52,944 nt of DNA from Octopus bimaculoides (Eukaryota). Under the pieces are notes generated by a model. That model was not told the DNA's origin. It saw only the letters and a program-made list of their open reading frames with translations, and searched no databases. The stretch lies in assembly GCF_001194135.2 (NCBI RefSeq), contig NC_068982.1, forward strand, positions 148,871,972 to 148,924,915, in the 5' to 3' direction. Every line of letters begins with the position of its first letter. The stretch's first letter is position 1. Below are positions 36,822 to 49,471 of the stretch, piece after piece. The position numbers were made by a program, and so were the translations under genes.

Positions 36822-37444
36822 TTGTATATGATGGCCCTCGAGCCATTACTGCGAAAATTGAGCAGCATCCTGAGACAGCCAGGTTGTGGAAAATCAGTTT
36901 CTGCTTACGCGGATGACATCACTATCATCGTAACTGAAATGGACCACCTACGGTTAGTAGGCAAGGCCATAGAGGTTTACGAGACGGTGGCAGGAGCAAA
37001 AGTTAATCGGAGGGCGGAAGTAGCCAATGTGTTCATCGCATCGGTCATCACCTACCGCCTAACCGTCGTTCCTTGCCCCAATTCATGGTTAATCAAGCTG
37101 GAAAGACAGCTCTTCCGCTTTTTGTGGAAGAGCTGGAGACCGTTTGTGAGACGCTCTATTTGCTGCCAACAACCGTCAAAGGGTGGACTTGGGATGCCTT
37201 GGCTGTTGATGCGCAAGCATGCACTGAGGTTGAGGCATCTTTCGCTCTACCTGGATGGTGAACGGGTGTGGTCTCCGCTGGCGAAACAGATGTTCACTAG
37301 TTTGGGTGGATGGGAAACCTGGTTGAATCGAAGATCGAAGTTGGGTACATGGTACAAGGAGTGTCGAAAGGCACTCCTGCTATTCCGTCGCTTGTGCAAT
37401 GCCTGCGGTGGGGGTTCCACCGCATTCTTCTATAGAGGGCTTGT
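36822..37444 (+). mobile_element. Tx1/L1-clade LINE reverse transcriptase fragment running into a 726-N gap
   Basis: ALEPLLRKL...VSAYADDITIIV...YETVAGAKVN and FRFLWKS...GGLGMP; YADD catalytic motif; GC content clearly above the flanks. Confidence 0.9.
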
Positions 37445-38170
37445 NNNNNNNNNNNNNNNNNNNNNNNNNNNNNNNNNNNNNNNNNNNNNNNNNNNNNNNN
37501 NNNNNNNNNNNNNNNNNNNNNNNNNNNNNNNNNNNNNNNNNNNNNNNNNNNNNNNNNNNNNNNNNNNNNNNNNNNNNNNNNNNNNNNNNNNNNNNNNNNN
37601 NNNNNNNNNNNNNNNNNNNNNNNNNNNNNNNNNNNNNNNNNNNNNNNNNNNNNNNNNNNNNNNNNNNNNNNNNNNNNNNNNNNNNNNNNNNNNNNNNNNN
37701 NNNNNNNNNNNNNNNNNNNNNNNNNNNNNNNNNNNNNNNNNNNNNNNNNNNNNNNNNNNNNNNNNNNNNNNNNNNNNNNNNNNNNNNNNNNNNNNNNNNN
37801 NNNNNNNNNNNNNNNNNNNNNNNNNNNNNNNNNNNNNNNNNNNNNNNNNNNNNNNNNNNNNNNNNNNNNNNNNNNNNNNNNNNNNNNNNNNNNNNNNNNN
37901 NNNNNNNNNNNNNNNNNNNNNNNNNNNNNNNNNNNNNNNNNNNNNNNNNNNNNNNNNNNNNNNNNNNNNNNNNNNNNNNNNNNNNNNNNNNNNNNNNNNN
38001 NNNNNNNNNNNNNNNNNNNNNNNNNNNNNNNNNNNNNNNNNNNNNNNNNNNNNNNNNNNNNNNNNNNNNNNNNNNNNNNNNNNNNNNNNNNNNNNNNNNN
38101 NNNNNNNNNNNNNNNNNNNNNNNNNNNNNNNNNNNNNNNNNNNNNNNNNNNNNNNNNNNNNNNNNNNNNN

Positions 38171-38807
38171 GGTTATCACCAATTTGTGCTCTATTGTGCC
38201 CTAAATACGGTGATATACCCCGGAAATGGCCATAGGTGTTCTGTGTTTGTGTTCCACCTATACTCGTAATCCACTGTAAATGATGTTTATGGTTTGACTT
38301 TACTGATGTTACCTGCGGAATGGTGAAATATGGATTTTACTTTGCCACACTTTGGATGTTCTGTTGTTGTTTTGTCCCGTGCGCTTCGGTATTCCTGTTT
38401 ATGAAATTGGATTTTACCAACTAAATTTGCTGTCATGAGGGAGGTAGTTGAACTTTCGTACTACTTGTCTTGAATTTTTTTTATTGGTTATTGGCCTCAG
38501 CGAATGAACTGTTGTGCTACGTCTCCCTATGTATTATTATTTTCTCCATATTTTTTCTATATATATATTTTTTTTTATTCTACTGTATTTGTACCGGTCT
38601 CTAATATTTTTAATCAACTTTTAATCGCAGTTTATTTATTTATTTATATTATTCTATTGTATTTTTAATCGATCTTTATTCTTATGTATAAAAATTTTGA
38701 CCTCCCTTGACTAATTTGGTTTTGTGGTCTATGTTGTACTTCTTGGTCATTGGTGGGCTACGGCTTTTTGAGTCGATGACCTAACGGTTTTATTCTGCAA
38801 TTAACTT

Positions 38808-38810
<3 letters not shown>
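38171..38810. mobile_element. Unclassified repeat, possibly a Penelope-like remnant
   Basis: No intact ORF; weak PLE-terminus-like end near 38770-38805. Confidence 0.25.
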
Positions 38811-38849
<39 letters not shown>

Positions 38850-38854
38850 TTCGA

Positions 38855-39395
38855 CGACTGGTACCTATGTCAACCTTCCTCCATTGGACACTAAACTCTG
38901 CTTGTGAAATCGTAACTGAACCAAATTAGATGACTGGCACCCATGCCAGTGGAGTGCTAACAGCATCATCCGAGCAGGATCACTACCAGAGCAGCGGTCT
39001 GGCTTCTGTGCCGGTGGCACGTAAAAAGCACCATTTGAGTGTGATCGTTACCAGCATCGCCTTAGAGGCACTTGTGCCGGTGGCATGTGAACAAAACATT
39101 TGAGCAAGGTTGTTGCCAGCGCCACTGGACTGACTCCTGTGCAGGTGGCACGTAAAAACACCTTTTGAGCGTGGCAGTTGCCAGTACCACCAGACTGGCC
39201 CTTGTGCCGCTGGTACGTAAAAGCACCCACTACACTCTCGGAGTAGTTGGTGTTAGGAAGGGCATCCAGCTGTAGAAACTCTGCCAGATCAAATTGGAGC
39301 CTGGTGCAGCCATCTGGTTCGCCAGCCCTCAGTCAAATCGTCCAACCCATACTAGCATGGAAAGTGGACGTTAAACGATGATGGTGATGATGATG
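38855..39395 (+). mobile_element. RTE 3' UTR derivative with about 5 minisatellite units and (GAT)n tail
   Basis: Repeated GTGCCGGTGGCACGTAAAAAGCACC units then the standard tail. Confidence 0.88.
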
Positions 39396-40041
39396 ATATA
39401 TATATGTACACACACACACAGAATATACATATTTAGAAAATATTCTGAAGTTTAATTGTAAAGGCTGAATAACAAAAATATAAAGAGCTTCAGAAAGCTA
39501 CATATTTGGAAATACATATTATAACTTGTGAAGTTTTGTTGTAAATATAAAAATCAGAAAGCAGTAAAATATCAGATAAATTTGAGAGAATATATAATTC
39601 AAACACAGCAATGTTCAGTCAAGAACATATGAAATAAAAAATAAATGCCTGGATAGAAATATTCCTGTCAATTAAGTTGTTAAACATAGGTATTGCGTAA
39701 CCATCTAAATTAAATGATTTACCAGATCAACAGCATTGGAAAATATCATATATATTTGGATAAGTTTCGACATGACATTGTCGATAAATTCCATAAATAT
39801 GTATGTAGTTACAAATAATTACATGAATGAAGATATGTCTATGAATCTAGTTTTATGTAAGATGTAAGCCAATTTATGTTCATGCATAAACACATATGAA
39901 TATACATATTTAATTTATTAAATGTATAATAAATAATATATAAATATATATATGCACGCATGTGTGTATGTATATGTATACATATGAATATATTTATATG
40001 TATACATACATACACATGTGCACGCGTATATATTTTTTCAA

Positions 40042-40083
<42 letters not shown>

Positions 40084-40544
40084 TCATACATACTTGTTTA
40101 TACGTATATATGTATATTATATATTATACTATTTTATATTATATATATGTTTATGTATATCAACATCATTCTAACATATACTTTTTCCATGCTTTCATGA
40201 ATCAGACAGAATTTGTTAAAGCAGATTTTCTATGCCCAGATGTTCTTCTTATCACCATCCCTTACATGCTTCAAGTAGGGTAATATTTCTCCATGGCTGG
40301 CCATGTTTACACAGAACATTTGAAACAAATAGAACTGCTAATATGATGGTGATACCCATTTTGAACCACTGCATTGTATCAAGATACACACAAATGCACA
40401 TACGCACACACACACACACACATTCATACTACTCATACGTATACATACGAGATGACTTATAGCGGACACATATATTTGTATGTGTATATATATGTACACA
40501 CACACTCACACACACACACACACACACACGCACACATAAATATC

Positions 40545-40860
40545 GTCATCATCATCGTTTAATGTCCATTATCCATGTAGGCATGAGTTGGACGGTTTGA
40601 CCAGAACTGACAAGCTGGAGAGCAGCCCCAGACGTCAGTCTGATTTGACATAGTTTCTACAGCTGGATGTCCTTCCTAACACCAACCACTTTACAGAGTG
40701 TGCTGGATGCTTTTATGTGGCACCACACAGGCACTTTTATGCAGTACTACATGGGTGCTTTTACGTAGCATGACATGGGTACTTTTATGTGCCTATGTGT
40801 TTTTACATGGCACTACATGAATGCTTCTTACATTGCATACCAGCAAACATTGCACCTTTT
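40545..40860 (-). mobile_element. RTE-derived tail with short (~24 bp) tandem units
   Basis: Minus strand repeats GCAC(A/G)TAAAAG(C/T)(A/G)CC-like units before the tail. Confidence 0.75.
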
Positions 40861-41039
40861 ATACTGATCACCATTACTCTCTCTCTCTCTCTCCTTCAGG
40901 TCATTTGTTATTGACATACAAGACTCACTCTTACCACCACTCTAACCATCTATCACTTGCTCCTTCTCTCTTTGCTTACTTTAGATCCTCATCTCCTCAA
41001 ATAAATGCTATTCACCTCCCTCCCACTGGGCTTTGTTGT

Positions 41040-41240
41040 TTCATAAACTGCTTGGGGACCTCACTAGTGACGATGGTATAAAAAAAAATCACCCAGTACA
41101 TACTGTAAAGTGGTTGGCATTAGGAAGGGCATCCAGCCAAAGAAACCATGCCAGAAAAGACACTAAAGCCCGATGCAGTCCTTGGATCCATCAGTTCCAC
41201 CCTACACATGTCAGCAGGGAACATGAACATTAAATAATGA
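41040..41240 (+). mobile_element. RTE-derived tail, diverged
   Basis: GTGGTTGGCATTAGGAAGGGCATCCAGC motif. Confidence 0.7.
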
Positions 41241-42739
41241 GGACAATGATGACAATGATGATGATCATTGTGATGATGGTGGTGGTGGTGATGACGATGA
41301 CAACGACGCTGATACACATACATATAGAAGCATTACATTTTAGCAATGTAAATATATATGAGCAAATATATACATACTTAAATTTAATTCTAGTTTGAAA
41401 AAAAATAAAATAAGTAACATGCAGAAATAGATGGAAATAAATATCATCGATAAAAGTAATTTTATTTTCATCAATAAGAAAAATAAAAGTAAATTCATTG
41501 TTATTTCTGAAAAGTTTAAGATGCAAAAGTAAACCTCTGAAAGTTATTTAATATCTTTATTTAATATGAAAAGAAACTGCATTCAATGTACACATATTTA
41601 AAGTAAAATATAACATTCATTTACACAAGAAATATGATTCAAGAATATCTATTCACAATTGCTTATGTTATTTCTCCACAAGTGTTCATTTACAAAATGC
41701 AATATACTGATATGTTTATGATTTATCTAGTTTTACTCTAGTTGCAATGATTTTCACCTTGTTGATACCATCACAAGTATTAATGTTAGTTTTACCACAT
41801 TACGTTGGATATTGTTTAAGAGCTTAGTGTGGGTTATTTTTATTTTATCATGAAAAATCTTCTACAATATAATGGAAGATATGGTCGCCCATGGAATTAA
41901 GTGCCTTTCTAATCTTGCTAACACATCCAAACTAATGCATGCATGTGTGTGCGTGTGTGTGTGTTCATGCATGTGTGTGTGTGTGGTGTGCATGTGTGAG
42001 TATGTACTTATGTAAGTATTGTATTTGCGTGCATGTATGTTTACTTTCCTATATTTTGTCTATGCCTGTGCGTTCATTATTAGATGTATGTGCATATGTG
42101 TTTGATTTGTATTCATGAATGTTTTCCTATGTGTGTATGTGTGCACAAGTATTATTTTCTATTGCTTTTCTTCCTCATGTGAGGGGAAATTATTTTTCCT
42201 TGCTGATAAACTAAGAAACAATTCTTCTGTTCTGATTGTTTCTGGAGCCAAAAAATGTACAGGAGATTATTTTGGGCAAAAGGGCAAAACTCTAATCACA
42301 CAAGTATAGCATGTATTGAAGGAGCTCTTTTTTGTCCTATTTTCAATCAACTGTGGTTCTCCCAGGTTCAGTTCTGTCTCCAATATTTTTTATTTTATAT
42401 ATCAATGACCTCCTTGATCCTACAACCAACAATTCCCCCACCACAAACCACTTAATTCTACCAAAACTTTGCCCAGCTATGCATTATCCCGATGCAGCCT
42501 AGACACCTCATCCTAAACTTGCATTGATTCCATTAACTGTAACCATGACCACGCCCTTTATGAGGATATGTCAGCCTAGATTTTTAGCTGCCAAAAAGCT
42601 CAAGCATTATTCATATCAAGAAGATGCCACCACACCACAACCCTACTAAACATGAGTGGCATTCAGGTAGAGGACCAAACACTATGCTCCTCCATCACCA
42701 AGGACCTATCCTGGTGAAAGCACATTCTTAGCAAAGCTA

Positions 42740-42930
42740 TGCATGGGTCAGTGGTTAGAGCATTGGCTCACAATCATGAGGTAGTGAGTTCGATTGCTGT
42801 TCTTGGACAAGACACTTTGTTTCACGTTGCTCCAGTTCACTCACCTGCAGTTCACTCCATAAACAACCTTGCCCAGACTTGTGCTTTGGAGGGTAGCTTC
42901 CTAGGTGCAATCCTATGGTCATTCATGACT
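42740..42930 (+). mobile_element. tRNA-derived SINE (family E), diverged
   Basis: TGGGTCAGTGGTTAG (A-box-like), GAGTTCGATT (B-box-like), CTTGGACAAGACACTT segment. Confidence 0.6.
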
Positions 42931-43211
42931 GAAAGGGTTCTTTATCTTCTTACCCATTGGCGCTTTTTCTTTGATGAACAGCCATCGTGTTCTTTGGCAC
43001 AAAGGTCATCCTCATTCTTTAGCAAATTCTAGAGCAGACCTCTTGAAATTTCTAAACTGTGCGCTGCTTCCCTCTGAGTTGTTTTCCCAAGAGCTTACTA
43101 ACATTCTTACAACTGAATCTTTTCTGCCACGGATTTGTCTCTTTTCATTTTGATCAACTTGTGTATGTGTCTGCCTCTCTGCACAATGACAAATGATGTG
43201 TTTTTTCCCTC

Positions 43212-43474
43212 CTTAAATACTGACAAGTAGGCTCCAGCAGCCACAACCAACCAGCTGTCACATGGTACACTCCATCATCCAATGAATGAGAAGGGCATGT
43301 AATTTTGACAAGGTGTCCAGAAGCCTGTTTTCACTTGAATGACAGGGTTGTGGGGTAGGCTCCAGCAGCCACCACCAGGTACTACATATTTATTGAACTA
43401 TTTTTGGATGATGGAGTGTACCACGTGACAGCTGGCTGACTGTGGCTGCAAGAGCTTACCTGTCAGTATTTAAG
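43212..43474. repeat. 71-bp inverted repeat with 121-bp spacer (hairpin or MITE-like)
   Basis: Arms 43212-43282 and 43404-43474 with 8 mismatches and no gaps; third partial copy at 43355-43372. Confidence 0.9.
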
Positions 43475-43797
43475 AGCAAAACAAAGACACTTCATTCATT
43501 CACCGCCACTTGTTGACACTCTAAGAAGAAGCAGCAGCAATTGAATTTATTAAACGATGGTTTGGATTTATCAAATGAGAGATTTTATGTATAAAAATTC
43601 CATCCCAATCCATTTTGGATACATTAAGTGAGTAGATTTATAAAGTGGAATCTACTCTACATATATACACATACATACATGCTATAATTCTACACAAATA
43701 AAAATATGCAAATAACACTTTTGACATGACTATGGGTATGAGCAACTCAGCTGAGTTCACTGACCTTATTGGCCTGTTTATTTGCTTCCAACTTCAG

Positions 43798-43889
43798 GAT
43801 GAATTCTTTCATGTAGGAGGTGCTTTGTATATGAATGATGGCCTACTGACCATGATTAATTGCAATCCCTTGACGTCTGATATATTTAG
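43798..43889 (+). CDS. Candidate internal exon (DEFFHVGGALYMNDGLLTMINCNPLTSDIF)
   Basis: tttgcttccaacttcag acceptor, consensus AG|gtaagt donor, single open frame, phase 0 to 2. Confidence 0.5.
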
Positions 43890-46633
43890 GTAAGTAAATA
43901 TATTTAGGGAAGTAAAATTGGCTTCTTCAAAGGTCTTAATCCGTCTTTTACATTAAACACAGATCTACCTATGATTCTTAATCTCTCCAGTGGATTATTC
44001 AACCCAAATAGAAAACCAAATGTGACCATAAATATATGAGTAAATTATAGAATCATCCAAACAACAAAAAAAGTTGCTTAAAAATATTTCATTGAGATTA
44101 TCTCGCTTGTTAGTAACTTAGCTCATTTTTATGGATCAATTAACCTATCTTAATAAAAGATTGGCTTGAAGTGGTTTTAAGGAGAAGCAATTTTATTTTA
44201 ACTACAAATGTAGGAGTTAGAGGAATAGGCCTAGGCACATTATATGGTATAATCCACTATTTAGGAGTGAAGAGTCACACTTATAACTAGAACTTTTTTC
44301 TTTAATGAAGAAACATTTTCCAGCAGAATGTAGATATTGTAATATAATTTGTAGGAATATGTTATGCAACATTGAAGGTAGCTAAATTAACAAATAGCAA
44401 TTGTAAGAGTACTAATTACATTGATAGTGGCTATAACACAGATTGAACCAGGTAATAGGAATAATTTAGAAGAGATTTGCCTAATTAATGAGTTTATAAC
44501 AGTTTACAAAACTTCCACCATGAATAAGTCTTATATAAGCTTAACAGACAATAGATTAATGTTTTGACATCATCCTCATACTAATTTATTTTAAAGCCTG
44601 ACATAACTTTCAGCATGTATCCAAAGGTTAAAAGTATCTGGTACATCATCCAATTGAAAATTTTTGACAGTAATAAATTTTATGACAGTAATAAAAGGCC
44701 CTGAAATTTATGTATCATAGAAGCATTGGAAATCATTTTTGTCAAGGATTCGATTTTAAATAGGAATTCTAAATTCATATCAATATGTGAGCATAAATTT
44801 ATAAAGCATACAAGCATGACAGTTAAAACATATACCCAGGAAGATGATTTTATATTTATTATATCATTCAGACTCTTCAAATTTCTTGAAGTAGTAACTT
44901 TAAAGAAACAAGATATTGAAGTTGGAACTTACATCACTTTTGCATCTAAATCTTGTATATTAATTTGCATATAGACTATGTGGTTGTAACGTGTGTGTGT
45001 GTGTGTGTGTTTAGAAATGCATGTATGAATATATTTAGGTGTGCGTGTGAGTATGCATGTGTATATATGTATATATATGTATGTGTATGCATATGTATAT
45101 ATATGTATATGTGTGTATATATATATGCATATGCACACATATATATGCACGTGTGTGTGTGCATATGTCATTATACCAACTTTCCTCCTCTCTGATTCCT
45201 AACTATCACACTAACCCATACAATCACATAAGTCTATAGAAATTTGAAATACTTGTATTCTTCCCTCCACTTTAAATTTTGCTACTAAAAACCCACCCAT
45301 ACCTTTTGTCTAACCATCCCTTAATGCAGCTCTATCACATCACCCCTACTCGCATATCTCACACTTATTCACCCCTTACCTTCTCATCTCTTCCTATCCC
45401 TCCCCACTCCTCTCCCATCCTCCCTCACATTATCTTGACCACCAACTAACACTCCTTTTCTCACTTTTTTCACCCTTTCTTCACTTATTTCACTCTTTTC
45501 ACATATTTCTCTTTTTTTCTCACTTTTATTTTCTCTCTTTCTTCCTCTCATTTTCTCTTCCTGTTTTCATTTTGGCCTATCTCCTCATTCTATTCATACA
45601 CATCTCTCCCCACCATCTATCCACAAATAGCTATTGTATATACATAGCAAAAGTTAAAAAAATTTACTGCAGTATTTGTTCAGAGATAATATTTCTTATG
45701 GGTGTCTTGTGTTTAAAAACACAATTATATCAATAGCAGATCAAAATCGTCCAGTAATGTAGTTATGAATAAAACTTCATAACCAGACAACTATGTCTGC
45801 ACCTATTCATATTAAGGATGTTGTATTTCAGATAATCATTATCTTGTGTGTATAGTAACTCTTGACAGTAATTCTCAAATCATTCAAATTATAAGAGGGT
45901 AGGGTTGGGAATCTGTTATTGTTGTTTGTGAAACAAGAAAAAAATTGAAAGATTGAAAATCATGTTAGTGCAATTCACAGAAAATTTCTTAGAGGATTGG
46001 CAACGCAAACACTTGTGCAGTGACTTTTTTAAACAATTGAAACAAAATGTTATTTTTATTTTACATACTTGTTTCCTTTACTTAAACATCATACACTTCA
46101 TTGAATTTGAACTTAAAAACATGAAATTAAATACGATTTTTTCTGTTTCGCTACAACCTGCATTTTTCACTGTGCAATAACAACACACCACATATTTTCC
46201 GTTGGATGGAGAAGTATAGGTGATTAAACTGAAACCAGTACACCACTAGTATTTTATTTAATTGATGCCGGATGGCTAAAAGGCAAATTTGACTATGACT
46301 GAGTTTCAACATAGAATATAAAGGGAAATAATACTAAAAGCATTTTGACTAATATCCTCATGATTCTCTTACTCTGTTTACATGTACATATATACATCGA
46401 TATGATTTATAGCTCTTCTGCACAATACAATTTTGTATTGTATGTTTGGTTTTGAGGCCAAAAGAAAAGAAAGGAATGATTATATTCATCTTCTTTGTTA
46501 TTTTCTTCAGCACTTGCCCTTCGTGTTCAGGGAAATCTTGGCCAGTGGGTTTCCTTGATTATCCCATGAGGTCATCCTGTATCAGGAGGACTACATCTCT
46601 CTCATTCCCTCTCCCTTTTTTAGCCTTTGTGTA

Positions 46634-47497
46634 CAAGGCCTGATCAACAAGTATCAAGACTGTTGCTGTAGTAACGAAGCTAAAGCACACAGAGTAAAGT
46701 CACTAAGCACATATTGACCTTGAACTCTGCTGCACATGCACACTAAGTTTTAATGTTCTAACTCACTTCCTCTGTTTACAGTAGTACTTGGAACGAAGGT
46801 GCATAGCATGTGATCGTCACACTGATTATGACAGAGAAAGTTGCCATCGCAATACCTGGTCAGACGCCTATGCAATGTTGCAGAAAGAGTATGGAGAGGA
46901 GTGTATGAGCTGCTCAAAAGTGTACGAGTGGTTCAGATGTTTCCAAAATGGCTGAAAAAATGTTGATATTGACGAACGTTCTGGAAGACCAATAAAACTG
47001 AATAAAACATTGCAGATGTGCGTGCAACTGTGAGGGGAAATCATCGAATCACCATCTGTGAGTTATCAGATGATGTGCAGATTAGTTACAATTCAGTTCA
47101 GTCCATTATCACTGAAGATTTGGGTATGAGATGCGTGTCTGGCAAGTTTATGCCAAAACTGCTTTTAGCTGTCCAAAAAGACACTCGGATTTCAGCTGCA
47201 CTAGATTTCCTTGATTGTGCCGAGAACAATGAAAACGTTTTGAAAACTTTGTGTAGGCCTCTGAGAAGGTATCACCAAGCTTTTGACAAAATTTGATGCA
47301 GATTCTCTGCTCAACATTCTGTTATGGTTAATGCGACGACCACACGCTACACACCTTCCTTCAAAGCACTGCTGTAAGCATAACTTAGTGAGCATGCTCA
47401 GCAGAGTTCAAGGTCAATCTGTAGCAAGCAGCTCCAATCTGTGTGCTTTAGCTTCGTTACTACGGCAACAGTCGAGATACTTATTGATCAGACCACG
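46634..47497 (+). mobile_element. Mariner-family deletion derivative with ~60-bp TIRs and TA TSD
   Basis: TIRs 46634-46693 and 47438-47497, TA at 46632-33 and 47498-99; transposase remnants MSCSKVYEWF..F.NG...DERSGRP and ITICELS...IITEDLGMRCVSGKFMPKLL; catalytic domain missing. Confidence 0.9.
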
Positions 47498-47564
47498 TAT
47501 TATGTATATTTCCCTTCCTTTTCATTGTATGCAATGTATATTTACTCTTTTTTTTGTTTATTTA

Positions 47565-47770
47565 TTACCCTGCGCATGTAAGTGAAAGCAGAGTATTGTA
47601 ATCACTCATCTTCATCTGTTTGTCTGTACATTTGCAAAATTACTGGAAAACGGTGGAACAGATTTTTCACCTAATTTGGCAGAAATACTCATTGGGTGAG
47701 TGACTCAAAATGAAGAAAATTTAGTTTGATTATCTTCAAATATACGTAACTGCTTACATAGATATGCAAC
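47565..47770 (+). mobile_element. Helentron-associated (HINE-like) fragment
   Basis: TTATTACCCTGCGCA...GCAGAGTATTGTAATC...CTGTTTGTCTGT...CAGATTTTTCACCTAATTTGG layout. Confidence 0.45.
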
Positions 47771-47902
47771 TCTGAGTGTGTGTGTGTGTGTGTGTAGGGA
47801 TGAATTCAAGGGTTTTGTTTATTTACGAGTTGATTTCTTAATTTCACTGGAGTATAAATATCTATAATGGTGAAACACTTCTCAAATTCTATGCAATATT
47901 TT

Positions 47903-48530
47903 CTATAAGTATTTCATTTTGTTCACATTCTGCAGGTTTTTACTCCACTCTAAACTCTTTGCAATGTTTGTTTTTGAAATTAGTGGTTTTCTGATTGCAG
48001 CCCATCCATGAAATCCAGCTTTGTGCAGCTTCCAGCGAACAGTTTTTGTGGAAACTGGGTTCTTGAGGTGGTCCTTAAGCTCTGCAGTAATTTTGGGAGC
48101 TGTACTTTTGTGATCCTTTCTAACAATTCGCGTAAGAGTCCAACGGTCCCTATCTGAAAATTTTGGATTTCTTTTGGGGTTTTGTTTTGATGAGGAGGTT
48201 TTTCCCTCTTTTTGAAAGGCTGCCATTACTTTCGAGACAGTACTTCTTGATACACCAAACATTTCAGCTGTTTTGGTTATGCTAGCACCTACCATACAGA
48301 CACCAACAATTTGACCTCTTTGAAAGTCTGATAGATCTGTCATTTTAATGAATTTTAATTACCTTTTTCTGATGGTATCTGAAAAGGAACATCAATTTTA
48401 GCAAAACATATTAAGCAACACTAATAATAAATCAAGAAACATAAAAATAAACAAGCTTTTGACAGCTTTATAGATATTTCAAAATTATGATGCTTTGAAT
48501 CTAGGTGTTTCGATTATTTTGTCCAACCCA

Positions 48531-48532
<2 letters not shown>
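47903..48532 (-). mobile_element. Tc1-family transposon 5' part: TIR plus transposase DNA-binding region, truncated before the DDE domain
   Basis: TIR GGGTTGGACAAAATAATCGAAACACC; ORF MTDLSDFQRGQIVG...GVSRSTVSKV...VSTKTVRWKLHKAGFHG...RKPLIS breaks off before the first catalytic Asp. Confidence 0.92.
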
Positions 48533-48574
<42 letters not shown>

Positions 48575-48579
48575 TATAT

Positions 48580-48845
48580 GGGTACAGGACATCACCAACG
48601 GTGCAAATAACATGAAATACATAAACAACGAGATTAAAAAGGGAAAACAGGACTAGTTAGCACAGAGAAAGGAACCTTCCCCAGTTGTCGGCTGTCTATC
48701 AACTCCTCATTTCAAGCATTCAACGACAGTATGAGTCTTCAAAGACAGTTGCTCTCATAAATTCTAAAATAAAATTTGGGATTTATGGAGGGTCAAAGTT
48801 GAGAACAAAAAAATGATAGTGGAGACATGCAAGGAAACCGAACAA
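48580..48845 (-). mobile_element. Family P (Penelope-like) copy 3
   Basis: Colinear with 5089-5370. Confidence 0.6.
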
Positions 48846-49059
48846 AAACATACATATATATGTATGAATGTATGTGTGTGTGCATGCATGTGTGTATATA
48901 TATATGTGTGTTTGTGTGTGTGTGTATGTGTGTGTATGCATGTATGTATATATGTGTGTTTGTGTGTGTGTGTGTGTGCTACTGTCTCTTGGCCTTGAGA
49001 ATAAGCATGGTAGTTTTAAGCAAGTGTCACTGTTATACAAGTGGCCTCCTTCATTGCTA

Positions 49060-49225
49060 ATCTCTCATGAAAACATGTCTTGTCATGTGGAATTATGGCC
49101 ATGTTTAGAAGCAGGTGAAGATTGGCAACAGGGAGGGAATATGGCTATAGAAAATTCACCTCAACAAATTTGGTCCTACCCATGCAAGCATGGCAAAGTG
49201 GATGCTAACGTGATGATGATCAATG
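49060..49225 (+). mobile_element. RTE-derived tail, diverged
   Basis: CCCATGCAAGCATGGCAAAGTGGATGCTAAC-(GAT)n ending. Confidence 0.6.
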
Positions 49226-49244
49226 GCGATATATATGCCTGTAT

Positions 49245-49273
49245 GTGTGTATATGTATCTATCTATCTGTCAC

Positions 49274-49321
<48 letters not shown>

Positions 49322-49380
49322 CCTGTGTATCTACCTATTTATGTGTGTGTGTGTATGCGTGCACGTGTGCATATGTGTGT

Positions 49381-49416
<36 letters not shown>

Positions 49417-49471
49417 GCCTCTGTGAGTACATGTGCATGTATGTGTGTGTATGAGCATATATATATATATA
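49245..49471. repeat. (TCTA)n/(TG)n/(TA)n compound microsatellite running into a 616-N gap
   Basis: Directly visible. Confidence 0.95.

Noticed and set aside
42184-42303. Protein-like stretch GKLFFLADKLRNNSSVLIVSGAKKCTGDYFGQKGKTLITQ as an extra phase-0 exon
   Set aside because: It would need a rare GAG acceptor and has a weak donor.
43798-43889. Loose resemblance (VGG..GL..I..NP) to the PARG catalytic loop
   Set aside because: The GGG-X6-8-QEE catalytic motif is absent; the similarity is at chance level.
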